From NCBI GenBank assembly GCA_965219415.1, contig CBDCNP010000002.1:3136001-3200000 (forward strand): 64,000 nt of DNA, in the 5' to 3' direction. The translations under genes and the position numbers were made by a program. The notes beneath the pieces are model-generated. The model had not been told where the DNA came from, made no database searches, and saw only the letters and a list, made by a program, of their open reading frames with translations. Source of the stretch: Candidatus Marinacidobacterales bacterium (GTDB lineage: Bacteria > Acidobacteriota > Vicinamibacteria > Marinacidobacterales > DATDRI01). Positions 40,842-52,491 of this stretch are shown here, in pieces (position 1 is the stretch's first letter; every line of letters starts with the position of its first letter).

Positions 40842-41759
40842 TCAGTTATGACTAATTCTCGGATCGATCCAGGAGTAGAGAATCTCGACCAGTAGATTGA
40901 CCAAGATGAATATGACCGACGCGACGACGACCACCGCCTGCACGACACGGAAATCATTGGATGAAATGGACTGTATGGCGAGGCGCCCCACACCCGGCCA
41001 CGCGAAGATGGTTTCCGTAATAATGGCCCCACCTAGTAAAGTCGCGAGCAGCTGGCCGACGTAGGTCACGACCGGGATGAGGGCGTTTCTGAAGGCGTGT
41101 CTCAAGATCACGATCTGCTCCGGAAATCCTCTGGTGCGGGCGGCGATGACGTATTCCTTTCCCAAGACGTCAAGCATCGCCGAGCGCGTGAGACGCATCA
41201 CCGCGGCCATCCCGAAGGTCCCTAGAGTCACCGCCGGCAGGACGAGGTGCTCCAGACCTCCTCGCCCAGAAATGGGCAGCATCTTTAGCTGGACTCCGAA
41301 GACGAGTATTGCCATGACGCCGAGCCAGTAATTGGGCGCCGCCTGTCCGACCAGAGCCATCATCTGTCCGACTCGATCTACTAAAGAGGAAGGATTCGTT
41401 GCCGAGAGGATCCCGACCGGTAACCCCACCAAGAGCATGAAGACCATGGACGCCACGGTGAGCTCGATGGTTGCCGGCAGGTGTTGAAGCACCAAACCCA
41501 TTGCCGGAGCCCGTCCCTGAAGGGATTCGCCAAAATCTCCCCGAAGAACGTTGCCGAAAAAGGCGAGGTATTGAATGTATAAGGGGCGGTCGAGTCCTAG
41601 CTCCCTTCGCAGTATCTCGGCGTCCTCCCTGGTGGCCATGGGATCCAGAAGAAGCGCAACCGGATCACCGAGAACATTTGTGATCAGGAAGACAAGGATC
41701 GTGATCCCCACGATCATCAAAAGGGAGTGGAAAAAGCGTCTCAGTATGAAAGTCGCCAC
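40842..41759 (-). CDS. Peptide ABC transporter permease (DppB-like)
   Basis: LGLDRPLYIQY, RLTRSAML, HAFRNALIP, ETIFAWPGVG. Confidence 0.95.
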   Translation of the reverse strand: MATFILRRFFHSLLMIVGITILVFLITNVLGDPVALLLDPMATREDAEILRRELGLDRPLYIQYLAFFGNVLRGDFGESLQGRAPAMGLVLQHLPATIELTVASMVFMLLVGLPVGILSATNPSSLVDRVGQMMALVGQAAPNYWLGVMAILVFGVQLKMLPISGRGGLEHLVLPAVTLGTFGMAAVMRLTRSAMLDVLGKEYVIAARTRGFPEQIVILRHAFRNALIPVVTYVGQLLATLLGGAIITETIFAWPGVGRLAIQSISSNDFRVVQAVVVVASVIFILVNLLVEILYSWIDPRISHN

Positions 41760-41765
41760 GCCTGG

Positions 41766-43283
41766 CTATTGCCTTACGCTGACATTCCACAAATCCATCA
41801 TTTCATCACTAGGGGCCACAAAGCCGACCACGTTCTCGGAAACGGCATAGATCCCTCTTACGTTGTAGAGGAACAGATAAATTGCGTCCTCATGGACGAT
41901 TTTGCGGATTTCGTAGGCCGCTTCACTTCTCTTGCCTGTATCCATCGTGGCCTTGGTTCTTTTGACCGTCTCCCACAACGCTTGGTCCGGACTGAAGCAG
42001 AGAAGGGAGCTCGGATCCAGCTCGTTTAGAGAGTGCGAGATGTCCCAATCCCTTGAGGCCATCCCAATGAGGTAGATTCCCTCGAATTCGCGAGCGATGA
42101 GCTTACTGATGTAAGTGCCGCTCTCCATTACATGAACTTTGGTGTCGATCCCTGCCTTGGAAAGTTGGTCCGCAACCGCCAGGATCACTTGTCTGTCCAT
42201 CGGGTATCGGCCGTTCGGGGTGTAGAGGTTCAACGGAAACCCGTTCGAATAGCCGGCCTCCCTTAGAAGGGCTCGCGCCTTCGCGAGATCATAAGGGTAC
42301 GGTTCTAACAGCGGGCCACTGCGCTCGGCGATCCGTAGAGGCACGTGTGTTCCGAGAGGCGTGCCCATCCCGCCCAGCACGCCCTCGACGATCGCCTCCT
42401 TGTCGACGGCGTAGTTGAGGGCCTGGCGTACGCGTTTGTCCCGCAGCGCGGCGACGTTGGTGGTGTCCATGATGATGTGCATCGCCCGTAGACTCTCGAC
42501 CGATTGAACATCGATTTCGTCATTGTCTTCGAGCGTAGCCACCATAAAGGGTGGCACATCGGTGATGATGTCCACGCCCCCGGTCTGCAACTCCGCGACC
42601 CGGGTCCCCATTTCCGGGATGATGCGAAAGACCAGCGCCTCGACTTTGGGGGGAGGGAGGTACCAGTCGGAAACCGCAGTCAGCGTCAAGCGGTCGTTGG
42701 GTTCCCAGGAAACGAACTGGAAGGGGCCGGTTCCGACGGCATGATGCCGAACGCCCTGTTTTTCGTTTTCTTCGAAGGTCTCTTTCGAGACTATCCCCAC
42801 GAAGGCTGCCAGCACATTGGGTAGGAGCGGATCCGGGATTTTCGTCTTGACATCAATGGTGTGGTTATCAACGATATCTATCGTATCGTAGCTGGCGAAG
42901 TAGGATCCAAAGTTCCACCTGTTTCGCGCATCCAATAACCACTCGAGCGTGAACTTGACGTCGGCCGCGGTAAAGGGATAGCCGTTGTGAAACTTCACTC
43001 CCTGCCGAAGATGGAAACGCCAGGTCCTGTCGTCGAGCGACTCCCAGGAAACCGCCAGGCGCGGGTTGATCTTACCGTCGGGGCCGAAGTGAACGAGGCT
43101 GTCGTAAATATGCCGCTGCATCATGACGCCGGTAACGTTCAATGCCAGTAGCGGAGACAGGCCCTTCATGTCGGTGGTCACCGCGACGGTCAGGGCCTGC
43201 TCGGGTTGTGGTGATCCACGCCAGAAGACAGCGAGGCCAATGAGGATGAGGAGGGAAAGTGCGGCGAGTCGCTTCATCGTCAC
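41766..43283 (-). CDS. Family 5 (DppA/OppA-like) substrate-binding protein
   Basis: FHLRQGVKFHNG, GTGPF, RVRQALNYAVD, KARALLREAGY. Confidence 0.95.
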   Translation of the reverse strand: MTMKRLAALSLLILIGLAVFWRGSPQPEQALTVAVTTDMKGLSPLLALNVTGVMMQRHIYDSLVHFGPDGKINPRLAVSWESLDDRTWRFHLRQGVKFHNGYPFTAADVKFTLEWLLDARNRWNFGSYFASYDTIDIVDNHTIDVKTKIPDPLLPNVLAAFVGIVSKETFEENEKQGVRHHAVGTGPFQFVSWEPNDRLTLTAVSDWYLPPPKVEALVFRIIPEMGTRVAELQTGGVDIITDVPPFMVATLEDNDEIDVQSVESLRAMHIIMDTTNVAALRDKRVRQALNYAVDKEAIVEGVLGGMGTPLGTHVPLRIAERSGPLLEPYPYDLAKARALLREAGYSNGFPLNLYTPNGRYPMDRQVILAVADQLSKAGIDTKVHVMESGTYISKLIAREFEGIYLIGMASRDWDISHSLNELDPSSLLCFSPDQALWETVKRTKATMDTGKRSEAAYEIRKIVHEDAIYLFLYNVRGIYAVSENVVGFVAPSDEMMDLWNVSVRQ

Positions 43284-43314
43284 CGACGTCGTCGGAGATC
43301 TCTAGAAACTCTTC

Positions 43315-44184
43315 TCAAGAATCGAACATCCTCCGAATCGTCTGAAAGAGCTCGCTACTCTCGTCGCCGGTGGCGAGGGCGGTGACATCGTGCTCGCATC
43401 CTTCCAACAGCACGAGCTCCGCCTCTCCACCTCTCTCCTTCAACGTCCGAACGAATTCCTTGGATGATTTTACCCGTCCGGCCTTTTCTTCGAGAGAGCC
43501 GACGCCGACCACTGTCTTACGTGGGATGGTCTGGATATTCAAGATCGGGCTGGCCTCGCCCCGAAGCGCTGGGTCGGGAAGGTATTCGCGCACCCAGGTC
43601 GGGACCCGGAGGTCGTAGGACGTACTGACCGGCGCGCAGCCCTTGATCATGTCGGTCGGTAGGGACATCTGCTCGAGCCAGTCGGTTTTGACGCTAACGA
43701 ACGCAGAAAGATTGGCTCCCGACGAATGGCCGCCCACGTAGATTCGCTCAGGATCGCCCCCATGGGCGGCAATGTTCCGGGATACCCAGGCCAACGCGTG
43801 CCGCGCGTCATCATGTGCGTCGGGGTAACGAAAGCTGGGCGTGAGTCGATAGCCTGCTACGACTGTCAGGATGTTGTGATGAACGAACGGCGAGGCAACG
43901 AAACCGTACTCGGCGCGGTCTCCTTCCCGGAACCCACCACCATGAAAGAAGACGAAAACGGGCCATCCTGAAGTTTTTTCTTTTGGGGCGTACAGGTCGA
44001 GCCTCTGCTTGGGGTGGTCGCCATGAGGCCCATACGGTATGTCCAGCTCATTCGGTACGGACTCCCGAGTCGCGGTAGTTAGTTCATCCGCCTTCTCATA
44101 AAAAGCCTTCCAGTTGATGTGGAACTCTTCCGGGTGGGTGACGGTGTAATAGTTTGAGGAGGATGAGCCGTCGAAGTTTTTCAT
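43315..44184 (-). CDS. Alpha/beta hydrolase (HSL / arylformamidase-like)
   Basis: HGGGF, GHSSG nucleophile, C-terminal His (CEHD). Confidence 0.9.
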   Translation of the reverse strand: MKNFDGSSSSNYYTVTHPEEFHINWKAFYEKADELTTATRESVPNELDIPYGPHGDHPKQRLDLYAPKEKTSGWPVFVFFHGGGFREGDRAEYGFVASPFVHHNILTVVAGYRLTPSFRYPDAHDDARHALAWVSRNIAAHGGDPERIYVGGHSSGANLSAFVSVKTDWLEQMSLPTDMIKGCAPVSTSYDLRVPTWVREYLPDPALRGEASPILNIQTIPRKTVVGVGSLEEKAGRVKSSKEFVRTLKERGGEAELVLLEGCEHDVTALATGDESSELFQTIRRMFDS

Positions 44185-44189
44185 GCGAG

Positions 44190-44271
44190 ATTCTAAGTGG
44201 CCCAGGTTTCCGGGTCAACCGACAGGAGTACCGGATCGAAAATTTGACGGGAGATACGTCGCTGGTACACT
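44190..44271. promoter_or_regulatory. Divergent sigma-70 promoters
   Basis: Minus strand: TTGACC-N17-TAGAAT, 5 nt from ATG 44184. Plus strand: TTGACG-N16-TACACT with an extended TG. Confidence 0.7.
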
Positions 44272-44327
44272 CTGGGCCGCCGACGGGAATCCTGAAGCCG
44301 ACACCAAAGTAACGGGGGACGAACCCA

Positions 44328-45140
44328 ATGAGCAAGGAAAGTGACTTCGAGACGATTCGTCTCGACCGAGATGAGCGCGGGGTAGCGACAATCACCATGA
44401 ACCGACCCGCCGACGGTAACCCGATGGACGAAGCCTCGATTCGCGAGCTGACGCTCGTCGCCGAACGGCTCGGAGAAGACGACAGCGTGCGGGTCGTCGT
44501 CTTGACCGGGGAGGGGGAAGTCTTCTGTGCCGGCGGCAAGCCGGCCTTTCTCGAGAAGCTCAGAAATTTCAGCTTTGCGAAGAATCTCAGCCTAGGCGGG
44601 CAGCTCGACCGCTTGTACGCGACCCTCTCGGGGCTTCCCAAACCGCTGATCGGACGGATCAATGGTGACGCCATCGGGGGTGGAACCGGCATGACAACGA
44701 CGTGCGACATCGCCATTGCTGTCGAGGACGCTCGGTTTGGGTTCTCCGACGTTCGCGTTGGAATAGCACCCACCGTCGTGGCACCGTACTTCGTTCGGAA
44801 GGTCGGTCCCTCGTTCGCGCGCGCCGCCTTTATCAGCTGCGAAAAATTCTCCGCACGAAGAGCTAGCGAGATCGGACTGGTTCATCGGGTAGCTCCCAAG
44901 GCCGACCTCGACGCGGTGGTGGAGGAAACGATCGGTTCTTGTCTCATGGGAGCTCCGAGAGCAATGGCCGTTGCGAAGCGACTCCCGGACATCGTACAGC
45001 ATGGCTCGGAGTCTCTGAGGAAGGAATTGGTCGAGATCGTGGCGAGACTGCGGGAGACCGATGAAGGCCGGGAGGGACTGGCGGCGCTGATGGAGAAGCG
45101 AAAGCCCAGCTGGGTGGCAGGAGACAGAGGTGATGACTAA
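44328..45140 (+). CDS. Enoyl-CoA hydratase/crotonase family (methylglutaconyl-CoA hydratase-like)
   Basis: FCAG, PKPLIGRINGDAIGGG, GLVH, EGREGLAALMEKRKPSW. Confidence 0.9.
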   Translation: MSKESDFETIRLDRDERGVATITMNRPADGNPMDEASIRELTLVAERLGEDDSVRVVVLTGEGEVFCAGGKPAFLEKLRNFSFAKNLSLGGQLDRLYATLSGLPKPLIGRINGDAIGGGTGMTTTCDIAIAVEDARFGFSDVRVGIAPTVVAPYFVRKVGPSFARAAFISCEKFSARRASEIGLVHRVAPKADLDAVVEETIGSCLMGAPRAMAVAKRLPDIVQHGSESLRKELVEIVARLRETDEGREGLAALMEKRKPSWVAGDRGDD

Positions 45141-46845
45141 AGAGCGTTTGTTCGAAGTGACTCGGAAGGCCGTGTTTGTTATCGCCTCGTTGTCCATTGT
45201 CGGTTGCGTCAGCCCGTCAGGGGATGCTCCGGACCTCATCCTGCATTCGGGCAAGATCCTCACGGTGAACGAAGGGTTCGAGATCGCGGAGGCGATCGCG
45301 ATCACGGACGGGAACATCGCAGCGGTCGGCACCGACGAGGAGATCGAGTCTCTCGCGGGGGCGGACACTACGGTATTCGATCTCGAGGGCAAAACCGTGA
45401 TACCCGGGATCGTCGATTCTCACTCCCATCAGGATGGCTATGGGATGCACATCTATCGCCCCGATCTCTCGAAGGTTCGTAGCGTCGCAGAGATGATGTC
45501 GGTGGTGGAAGCGAAGGTCAAAGAGAGCCAGCAGGGAGAGTGGATTACCAACTCCGGTTTCTGGAACGAGACCAAGCTGGAGGAGCGCCGTAACCCGACG
45601 CGGTTCGACATCGATCCCATCTCCCCCGACAACCCGGTGTATTTGGGGCGAGGTCATCTGGGCATCATTAATACCAAGGCGATGGAAGTGCTGGGTTGGG
45701 ACGAGGACACGCCCAGCCCTCCGGGCGGCACCATCGAACGGGATGACCAAGGCCGCATTACCGGCCGAATATACGAGAGAGCCAGCGATCCGGTGGACGA
45801 GGCGGTTCCTAAGCCGACTCACGAGCAAAGGATGGGCTCCATCCTCCAAACGTACAAGGAAATGGCAGCCGCCGGCGCTACGAGTGTGCGTTCGGCCGGA
45901 AGTCCCATCGAAAGCATGGCCGCCTACGCCGAACTAGAGGAACGCGGGGAACTACCCCTTCGTACGAGCGTCACCGGCTATCTGAATCCTAATCAACCCA
46001 GTGACCAAATTGAAGAGTGGTTGCAGCGGCTACCGCCTGTTTCCGAGCCCGGCGACATGTTCCAGGTTTGGGGAGTCAAGATGACGGCCGATGGAGGCTC
46101 GGATCTCGCTTACCTCCGACGCGAGTACGTGAATCGACCCGGGTTCAGGGGCCAGTTGGGCGGATCGTTGGAAGACTTCACGACTGCGGTTTCTCTCTGC
46201 AACCAATACGGGCGGAGAGTCGGGATTCACGCGCTCGGCGACGCGGCCATCGATTTCACCCTCGACGCTTACGAAGCGGCCGACGCGAAAAACTCGATAG
46301 TGGAAAAGCGCTGGTCCATCGAGCACGGTTACCTCATTCAACCGGAGCAGTACCCGCGGATGAAGCGTTTGGGACTCATCGTTCATCCCCAGACGTGGCA
46401 TCTTTACCACCTAAGAAGAAACTTCCTCGACAACTACGGGCAGGAGTATGCCGATATGACGCATCCGTACCGCGATCTGGTGGATCAGGGGATTCCCATC
46501 GCCGGCGGGATGGATTGGAGAGTTGCTCCGCACGACTACTTCTTCTTCATGTGGGTCGCCATTACACGAAAGACGCTGGACGGGGAAGTGGTAGGTCCCG
46601 ATCAAGCCCTAACCCGGGAGGAAGCGCTTCGCTTCCATACCGTATGGGCCGCCTACTCGACTTTTGAGGAAGATCTGAAGGGTTCGCTCGGGCCCGGGAA
46701 ATTCGCCGATCTTGCCATTCTCGACAACGACTACCTCGGCGTCGAGGAGGATGAGATCAAAGACATCCGCCCCTTACTAACGATGGTGGGCGGCAAAGTG
46801 GTTTATCGGGATCCGGACTACACGTTTCCCCAAGGAGATAGATAA
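45130..46845 (+). CDS. YtcJ-like amidohydrolase (Amidohydro_3), probable lipoprotein
   Basis: IVGC lipobox, PGIVDSHSH, KMTADG, HALGD, IEH, GKFADL. Confidence 0.92.
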   Translation: MMTKERLFEVTRKAVFVIASLSIVGCVSPSGDAPDLILHSGKILTVNEGFEIAEAIAITDGNIAAVGTDEEIESLAGADTTVFDLEGKTVIPGIVDSHSHQDGYGMHIYRPDLSKVRSVAEMMSVVEAKVKESQQGEWITNSGFWNETKLEERRNPTRFDIDPISPDNPVYLGRGHLGIINTKAMEVLGWDEDTPSPPGGTIERDDQGRITGRIYERASDPVDEAVPKPTHEQRMGSILQTYKEMAAAGATSVRSAGSPIESMAAYAELEERGELPLRTSVTGYLNPNQPSDQIEEWLQRLPPVSEPGDMFQVWGVKMTADGGSDLAYLRREYVNRPGFRGQLGGSLEDFTTAVSLCNQYGRRVGIHALGDAAIDFTLDAYEAADAKNSIVEKRWSIEHGYLIQPEQYPRMKRLGLIVHPQTWHLYHLRRNFLDNYGQEYADMTHPYRDLVDQGIPIAGGMDWRVAPHDYFFFMWVAITRKTLDGEVVGPDQALTREEALRFHTVWAAYSTFEEDLKGSLGPGKFADLAILDNDYLGVEEDEIKDIRPLLTMVGGKVVYRDPDYTFPQGDR

Positions 46846-47340
46846 ATGCAGCTATCCGATGCACTCGCCGCGGAGTTTTCCTTCGAGTCTGAAACGACCA
46901 AGAAGCTCATGGAGCGACTTCCGGAAGACAAGCTCTCTTGGACGCCGCACGAGAAATCGATGAACCTCAGTCGGCTCGCGACCCACATCGCTCAGATCCC
47001 CGAATGGGGGGAGACCATCGTGGAACACCCGAGCTTCGACATGGCCGGTGTCGATTACAAACCGCTCGAGCTCGGGAGTCGACAAGAGGTCTTAGATCTT
47101 CTCCAGAAGAACCTGGCGCAGTTTGCTGAGATCGTCAAAGGGGAGGACGACGGAGTGATGCTCACCAAGTGGCAGCTAATGCACGGCGACCATGTTGCGG
47201 TCGACCTACCGCGCATCGCGGCGCTTCGAGGTTTCGTTTTGAACCACACCATCCATCACCGCGGACAGCTTTCGGTATACCTGCGCCTGAACGACGTCCC
47301 GCTTCCCGCCATGTACGGGCCTTCCGCGGACGAAAGCTAG
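46846..47340 (+). CDS. DinB family protein
   Basis: PHEKSM..LATH, NHTIHHRGQLSVYLR, MYGPSAD. Confidence 0.93.
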   Translation: MQLSDALAAEFSFESETTKKLMERLPEDKLSWTPHEKSMNLSRLATHIAQIPEWGETIVEHPSFDMAGVDYKPLELGSRQEVLDLLQKNLAQFAEIVKGEDDGVMLTKWQLMHGDHVAVDLPRIAALRGFVLNHTIHHRGQLSVYLRLNDVPLPAMYGPSADES

Positions 47341-47401
47341 CCTCCGGTCCTGGCGGCCGTTCAGGCGAATCGCTATGATGTAAGGCTGGACGGCGGCCGC
47401 C

Positions 47402-48600
47402 ATGAGCGAACGAAAATCCTCGCTTGACGATCTGCAAATCGATCGTTCTTCGATCGTAGAAGAGCGCTCGCGATCGTTGCTCTGGTTAACGCTCTTCGGT
47501 GCGCTCATCATCGCCGCCGCTCTCGTTTGGTGGATGACGCGTGCGAGGGGAGCGGAGGTCGTCACCGCCATCGCTCAGGAAGTTCGGATGGGCGAAGGCC
47601 AGACGGTGCTGAACGCATCCGGTTATGTGACGGCGCGCCGGCAGGCGACCGTTTCCTCCAAAGTAACGGCCAGAGTCCTCGAGGTGTTGATCGAAGAGGG
47701 CATGGCCGTCAAGGAGGGTCAAGTCTTAGCGCGCCTCGACACGACTAACGTCGATGCCAGCCTCGGGCTCGCCCGAGCGGAGCTGGCCGCGGTCAAGACC
47801 GCACTCGAAGAAACCAAAGTCCAGCTCGCCGAAGCGAATTTGAACCTGAACAGGACCAACGCTCTGGTTAAGGACGAAGTGGTGAGTCAGGCGGAGCTCG
47901 ACCGTGTCCAGGCCAGCGTGGATGTCATCGAGGCACGTATAGTGAGACAGCGCGAAGAAGCATCGGTCGCGGAGAGCCGCATCGCGGTTTGGCAGCAGCA
48001 GCTCGAAGACACGATCATCCGTGCACCCTTCGACGGTGTCGTGACTACCAAGAACGCCCAACCGGGCGAAATGATCTCGCCGGTGTCCGCGGGCGGCGGG
48101 TTCACCCGCACCGGGATCGGGACGGTCGTCGACATGACCTCTCTCGAAATCGAGGTCGACGTCAACGAAAGCTACATCAACCGTGTTCAGGCGAGGCAAA
48201 TCGTCGAAGCGACCTTGGACGCTTACCCGACCTGGCGCATTCCGAGTCACGTCATCGCCATCGTTCCTACCGCCGATCGCGATCGGGCGACGGTGCGGGT
48301 ACGCATCGGTTTCGACGAGCTCGATCCGCGCGTTCTTCCCGATATGGGCGTCAAGGTGGCGTTCCAGGGGGATGAGACAGAGCAGAGCGGCGGCAGCGCG
48401 GTCAGGATTCCTAAGGAAGCCATTAGCGGCGACGGTGGTCGAGACGTGGTCTTCGTCGTTCAGGATGGACGGGCCGAGCGACGCGCCGTGAGGCTGGGAA
48501 CAAGTGAAGCCGAGGAAGCGATAGTTCTTTCAGGGATCTCGCCCGGAGAGAAGCGTGGTGGTGGAAGGACCAGACTTTCTAGCGGATGGAGATCGCGTAG

Positions 48601-48614
<14 letters not shown>
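47402..48614 (+). CDS. Efflux periplasmic adaptor (MFP, MacA-like); C-terminal frameshift
   Basis: LNASGYVTARRQATVSSK, IRAPFDG, EVDVNE. The corrected tail reads VVVEGPDFLADGDRVDERK*. Confidence 0.93.
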
Positions 48615-49295
<681 letters not shown>

Positions 49296-49299
<4 letters not shown>

Positions 49300-50450
49300 G
49301 GTTCGTCAACCTGGTCTGGAGCAACCTCAACCGCAAGAAAGTCCGCACACTTCTCACGCTCTTGTCGATTGCGGTCGCCTTTCTCCTGTTCGGATACCTT
49401 GCCGCCATTCGAGTGGCGCTGAGCTCGGGCGTGGATGTCGCCGGCGCCGACCGGTTGATCGTTCGGCACAAGGTCTCCATCATTCAACAATTGCCCGAAA
49501 GCTACGAGGCGCGGATCGAGCAGATACCGAGCGTCGCCGATGCCACGCACGCCACCTGGTTCGGCGGAATCTACCAGGAACCCAAGAACTTCTTCGCGCA
49601 GATGCCGGTGAAACCGGAAGAGTTTCTGGAAATGTATCCGGAGTACCTCATCACCGAAGAGGAGAAGGCGCGCTGGCTCGAGACGAGAACCGGTGCCATC
49701 GCCGGACGGGTCACCGCCGATCGCTTCGGGTGGAAGGTGGGGGATCGCATCCCGATTCAAGCCACCATTTGGACCCATGGCGGGGGTAAGCAGACCTGGG
49801 AGTTCGACCTGGTGGGCATCTACGAAGGCGCCGAGAAGGGGACCGATACTTCGAATTTCTTCTTTCGACATGATTTTTTCGACGAGGCCCGAGATTTCGG
49901 AAGAGGGCAGATCGGCTGGTACTACGTCCGCGTCGAGGATCCGGATAAAGCGGTCGACGTGGCCAAGGCGATCGACGATCAGTTCGCGAATTCTCCCTTC
50001 GAGACCAAGGCCGAGACCGAGGGCGCATTCGTCCAAGCGTTCGCAAACCAGGTTGGAGACATCGGGACCATCATCATGGCGATACTTGCCGCGGTATTCT
50101 TCACGATCTTATTGGTGGCGGGGAATACGATGGCTTACTCGGTGCGTGAGCGGGTCGGAGAGCTAGCGGTCCTCAAGGCAGTCGGTTTTACCGACCGGCA
50201 GGTATTGGGTCTGGTTCTGGCGGAGGCCCTGTCACTCGCCGCCATGGGGGGTCTCTTGGGGCTCGGCATCGGGTGGTTCTTGATCTCGTTGGGCGATCCC
50301 ACCAACGGGGCTCTCCCCGTCTTTTTCTTTCCACCTCGGGACATTGTGCTGGGGGTCGTGCTGGTCTTCGCACTCGGTTTCGCTGCGGGCATCCTGCCTG
50401 CCGTCGAGGCAGGACGACTCCGCATTGCCGACGCGCTCAGGAGGTTGTAG
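49296..50450 (+). CDS. ABC permease (MacB/FtsX)
   Basis: RTLLT, WFGG, RERVGELAVLKAVGF. Confidence 0.93.
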
Positions 50451-50453
50451 TCC

Positions 50454-51653
50454 ATGACCGGCCCCATCAATTGGCTCCGACAGGTCTTCTCGCTTTCGAC
50501 GTTCAACCTGATGACCGTCCTCTCCCGCAAAGGGTCCACCGCAGCGGCGGTCTTCGGAATCGCCGGCGTGGTGGCGGTCTTGGTCGCCGTTTTGTCGATC
50601 GCGAAGGGGTTCCAACATGCCATGACCGTGTCCGGATCTCCCGACACCGCGATCATTCTCCGGAGCGGCGCCGACGGCGAGATGATGAGCGGTCTCGGCG
50701 GCCCCACCACCCGCATCATCGCCGACACCGAAGGTGTGGCTCGGGGTGCGGAAGGCCCGATGGCCTCGGCGGAGCTTTTCGTCATTATTGATAGGCCCAT
50801 GCGATCCACCGGCTCCGCTGCCAATGTTCCACTCCGAGGCGTCGAGCCCGCCGCCTTCGACGTGCGCGACAGGATCGAGATCGTAGAAGGCCGTAAGTTC
50901 GAGTGGGGGAAGAACGAAGTCATTGTAGGTTACGGGGCTAGTGTCGAGTTCGGCGGACTCGAAGTGGGAGGCAAGATCCCGGTTGGAAAAGAGGAATGGT
51001 CGGTCGTCGGTCGCTTTTCCGCGAACGGTGGCATCGCCGAGTCCGAGATCTGGACCGACGCCGCCGTCCTGCAGCCCGCCTACCGCCGCGGGAACAGCTT
51101 TCAGTCCGTTTATGCCAAGCTCGATTCGCCCGAGGCGTTCCAAGGCTTCAAGGATCGGCTCACCACAGATCCGCGTCTCAACGTCAAGGTGATACGCCAG
51201 CCCGACTTCTACGCGGAACAGTCGACGATGGTCACCAACCTCATCACCGGGCTCGGAACTTTGGTGGCAGTGTTGATGGGGATCGGTGCCATTTTCGGTG
51301 CCTTGAACACGATGTACACCGCGGTCTCTTCGCGAACACGAGAGATTGCGACGCTGCGCGCACTTGGGTTTCGGGCAACTCCGGTGGTGATCTCGGTGCT
51401 CGCCGAGTCGCTGGTTCTTGCTCTCGTGGGTGGTGCCATCGGCGGCGGCCTTGCCTACATCGTCTTCGACGGTTTCCGGGCTGCGACCCTCAATTGGCAA
51501 AGCTTTTCACAGGTTGCGTTCGCCTTCGATGTGACGCTGGGGTTGATGGTGCAGGGGATCGTCTACGCCGCGATCATCGGGTTGGTAGGAGGGCTCTTTC
51601 CTGCCATCCGCGCCGCCCGCATGCCGGTGGCGACGGCGCTGAGGGAACTTTGA
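50454..51653 (+). CDS. ABC permease (MacB/FtsX)
   Basis: GIAGVVAV, NTMYTAVSSRTREIATLRALGF, PAIRAAR. Confidence 0.93.
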   Translation: MTGPINWLRQVFSLSTFNLMTVLSRKGSTAAAVFGIAGVVAVLVAVLSIAKGFQHAMTVSGSPDTAIILRSGADGEMMSGLGGPTTRIIADTEGVARGAEGPMASAELFVIIDRPMRSTGSAANVPLRGVEPAAFDVRDRIEIVEGRKFEWGKNEVIVGYGASVEFGGLEVGGKIPVGKEEWSVVGRFSANGGIAESEIWTDAAVLQPAYRRGNSFQSVYAKLDSPEAFQGFKDRLTTDPRLNVKVIRQPDFYAEQSTMVTNLITGLGTLVAVLMGIGAIFGALNTMYTAVSSRTREIATLRALGFRATPVVISVLAESLVLALVGGAIGGGLAYIVFDGFRAATLNWQSFSQVAFAFDVTLGLMVQGIVYAAIIGLVGGLFPAIRAARMPVATALREL

Positions 51654-51669
51654 TCGAGCAACTCAAAAG

Positions 51670-52491
51670 TCACAACGGGGGATCGTCATGCGTGGCCAGA
51701 CGGTCCTCCCTCGTGACACGAATGTACTGATCCAGGTAGTAGCTGCGGCACCGATAAGGTCGCTGCTTCAGAGGTCGAGCGGTTACAGTGAAACCGGTGA
51801 AGGCTCCGTCGGCGTCCGCCGCCGTCGCTGTGTAGGTGAAGTGGTAGCCGTTATAGTCGAACTCGTTCTCGAGCGGGTCGCCCCAGCTCTGGCCGATGCT
51901 TTCGAGCCAACTTCTTACTTCCTTCAAGTCTTTCGGGTAGGTGGCGAACTCACCCTCGTAGATCATGAGGATGCTGGTTAGGCTTCGGAGCTGTCCGATC
52001 GTTGGGCCCTCTCCGATGGGGCCCCCGCGCCGGAGCCCGTCCCAGGCGCCGTAGACCAAGAGGACGGCGAGCACGTAGGCCAACCAGAAAGCGGCCGTCT
52101 TCGCCGCCCGCACGGTGAGCGCGCGTCTGTCCAAAGAGACACAAATCAATCCCATGGCGGCTACGACCACGACGGCGTGAGCGACGAAGCCGACGCCAAC
52201 TGCTAGCCTCAGTGGAGTCGTCATCGGTTCTGCTGTGGGATGAGGAAATTCTCCCATGAGGAGGAGCGCCAAGACGGCTATCCCCCAACCGATAGAGGAC
52301 GCGACACGCTTGGCGTCATCAGGCGGCCACAGCACTGCGGCGAGCCGCACGTACGGCAGTAGAAATAAGAACCATCGTGCACTGGCCTCGGTACAGCAAT
52401 CCAGGAGTTGCGGCATCGCCAGTACAATAAGCATCTGCGCTGCGCCCAAAAGGGCGGCGCCGCGCAGCAACCACAACAGGCCGACCCTCAT
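51670..52491 (-). CDS. Polytopic membrane protein with C-terminal pilin-like domain
   Basis: ATGA overlap with the upstream gene, about 5 TM segments, then IGQLRSL..YP..L..GYHF..FTVTARP..RSYYLD..DPPL. Confidence 0.6.
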   Translation of the reverse strand: MRVGLLWLLRGAALLGAAQMLIVLAMPQLLDCCTEASARWFLFLLPYVRLAAVLWPPDDAKRVASSIGWGIAVLALLLMGEFPHPTAEPMTTPLRLAVGVGFVAHAVVVVAAMGLICVSLDRRALTVRAAKTAAFWLAYVLAVLLVYGAWDGLRRGGPIGEGPTIGQLRSLTSILMIYEGEFATYPKDLKEVRSWLESIGQSWGDPLENEFDYNGYHFTYTATAADADGAFTGFTVTARPLKQRPYRCRSYYLDQYIRVTREDRLATHDDPPL

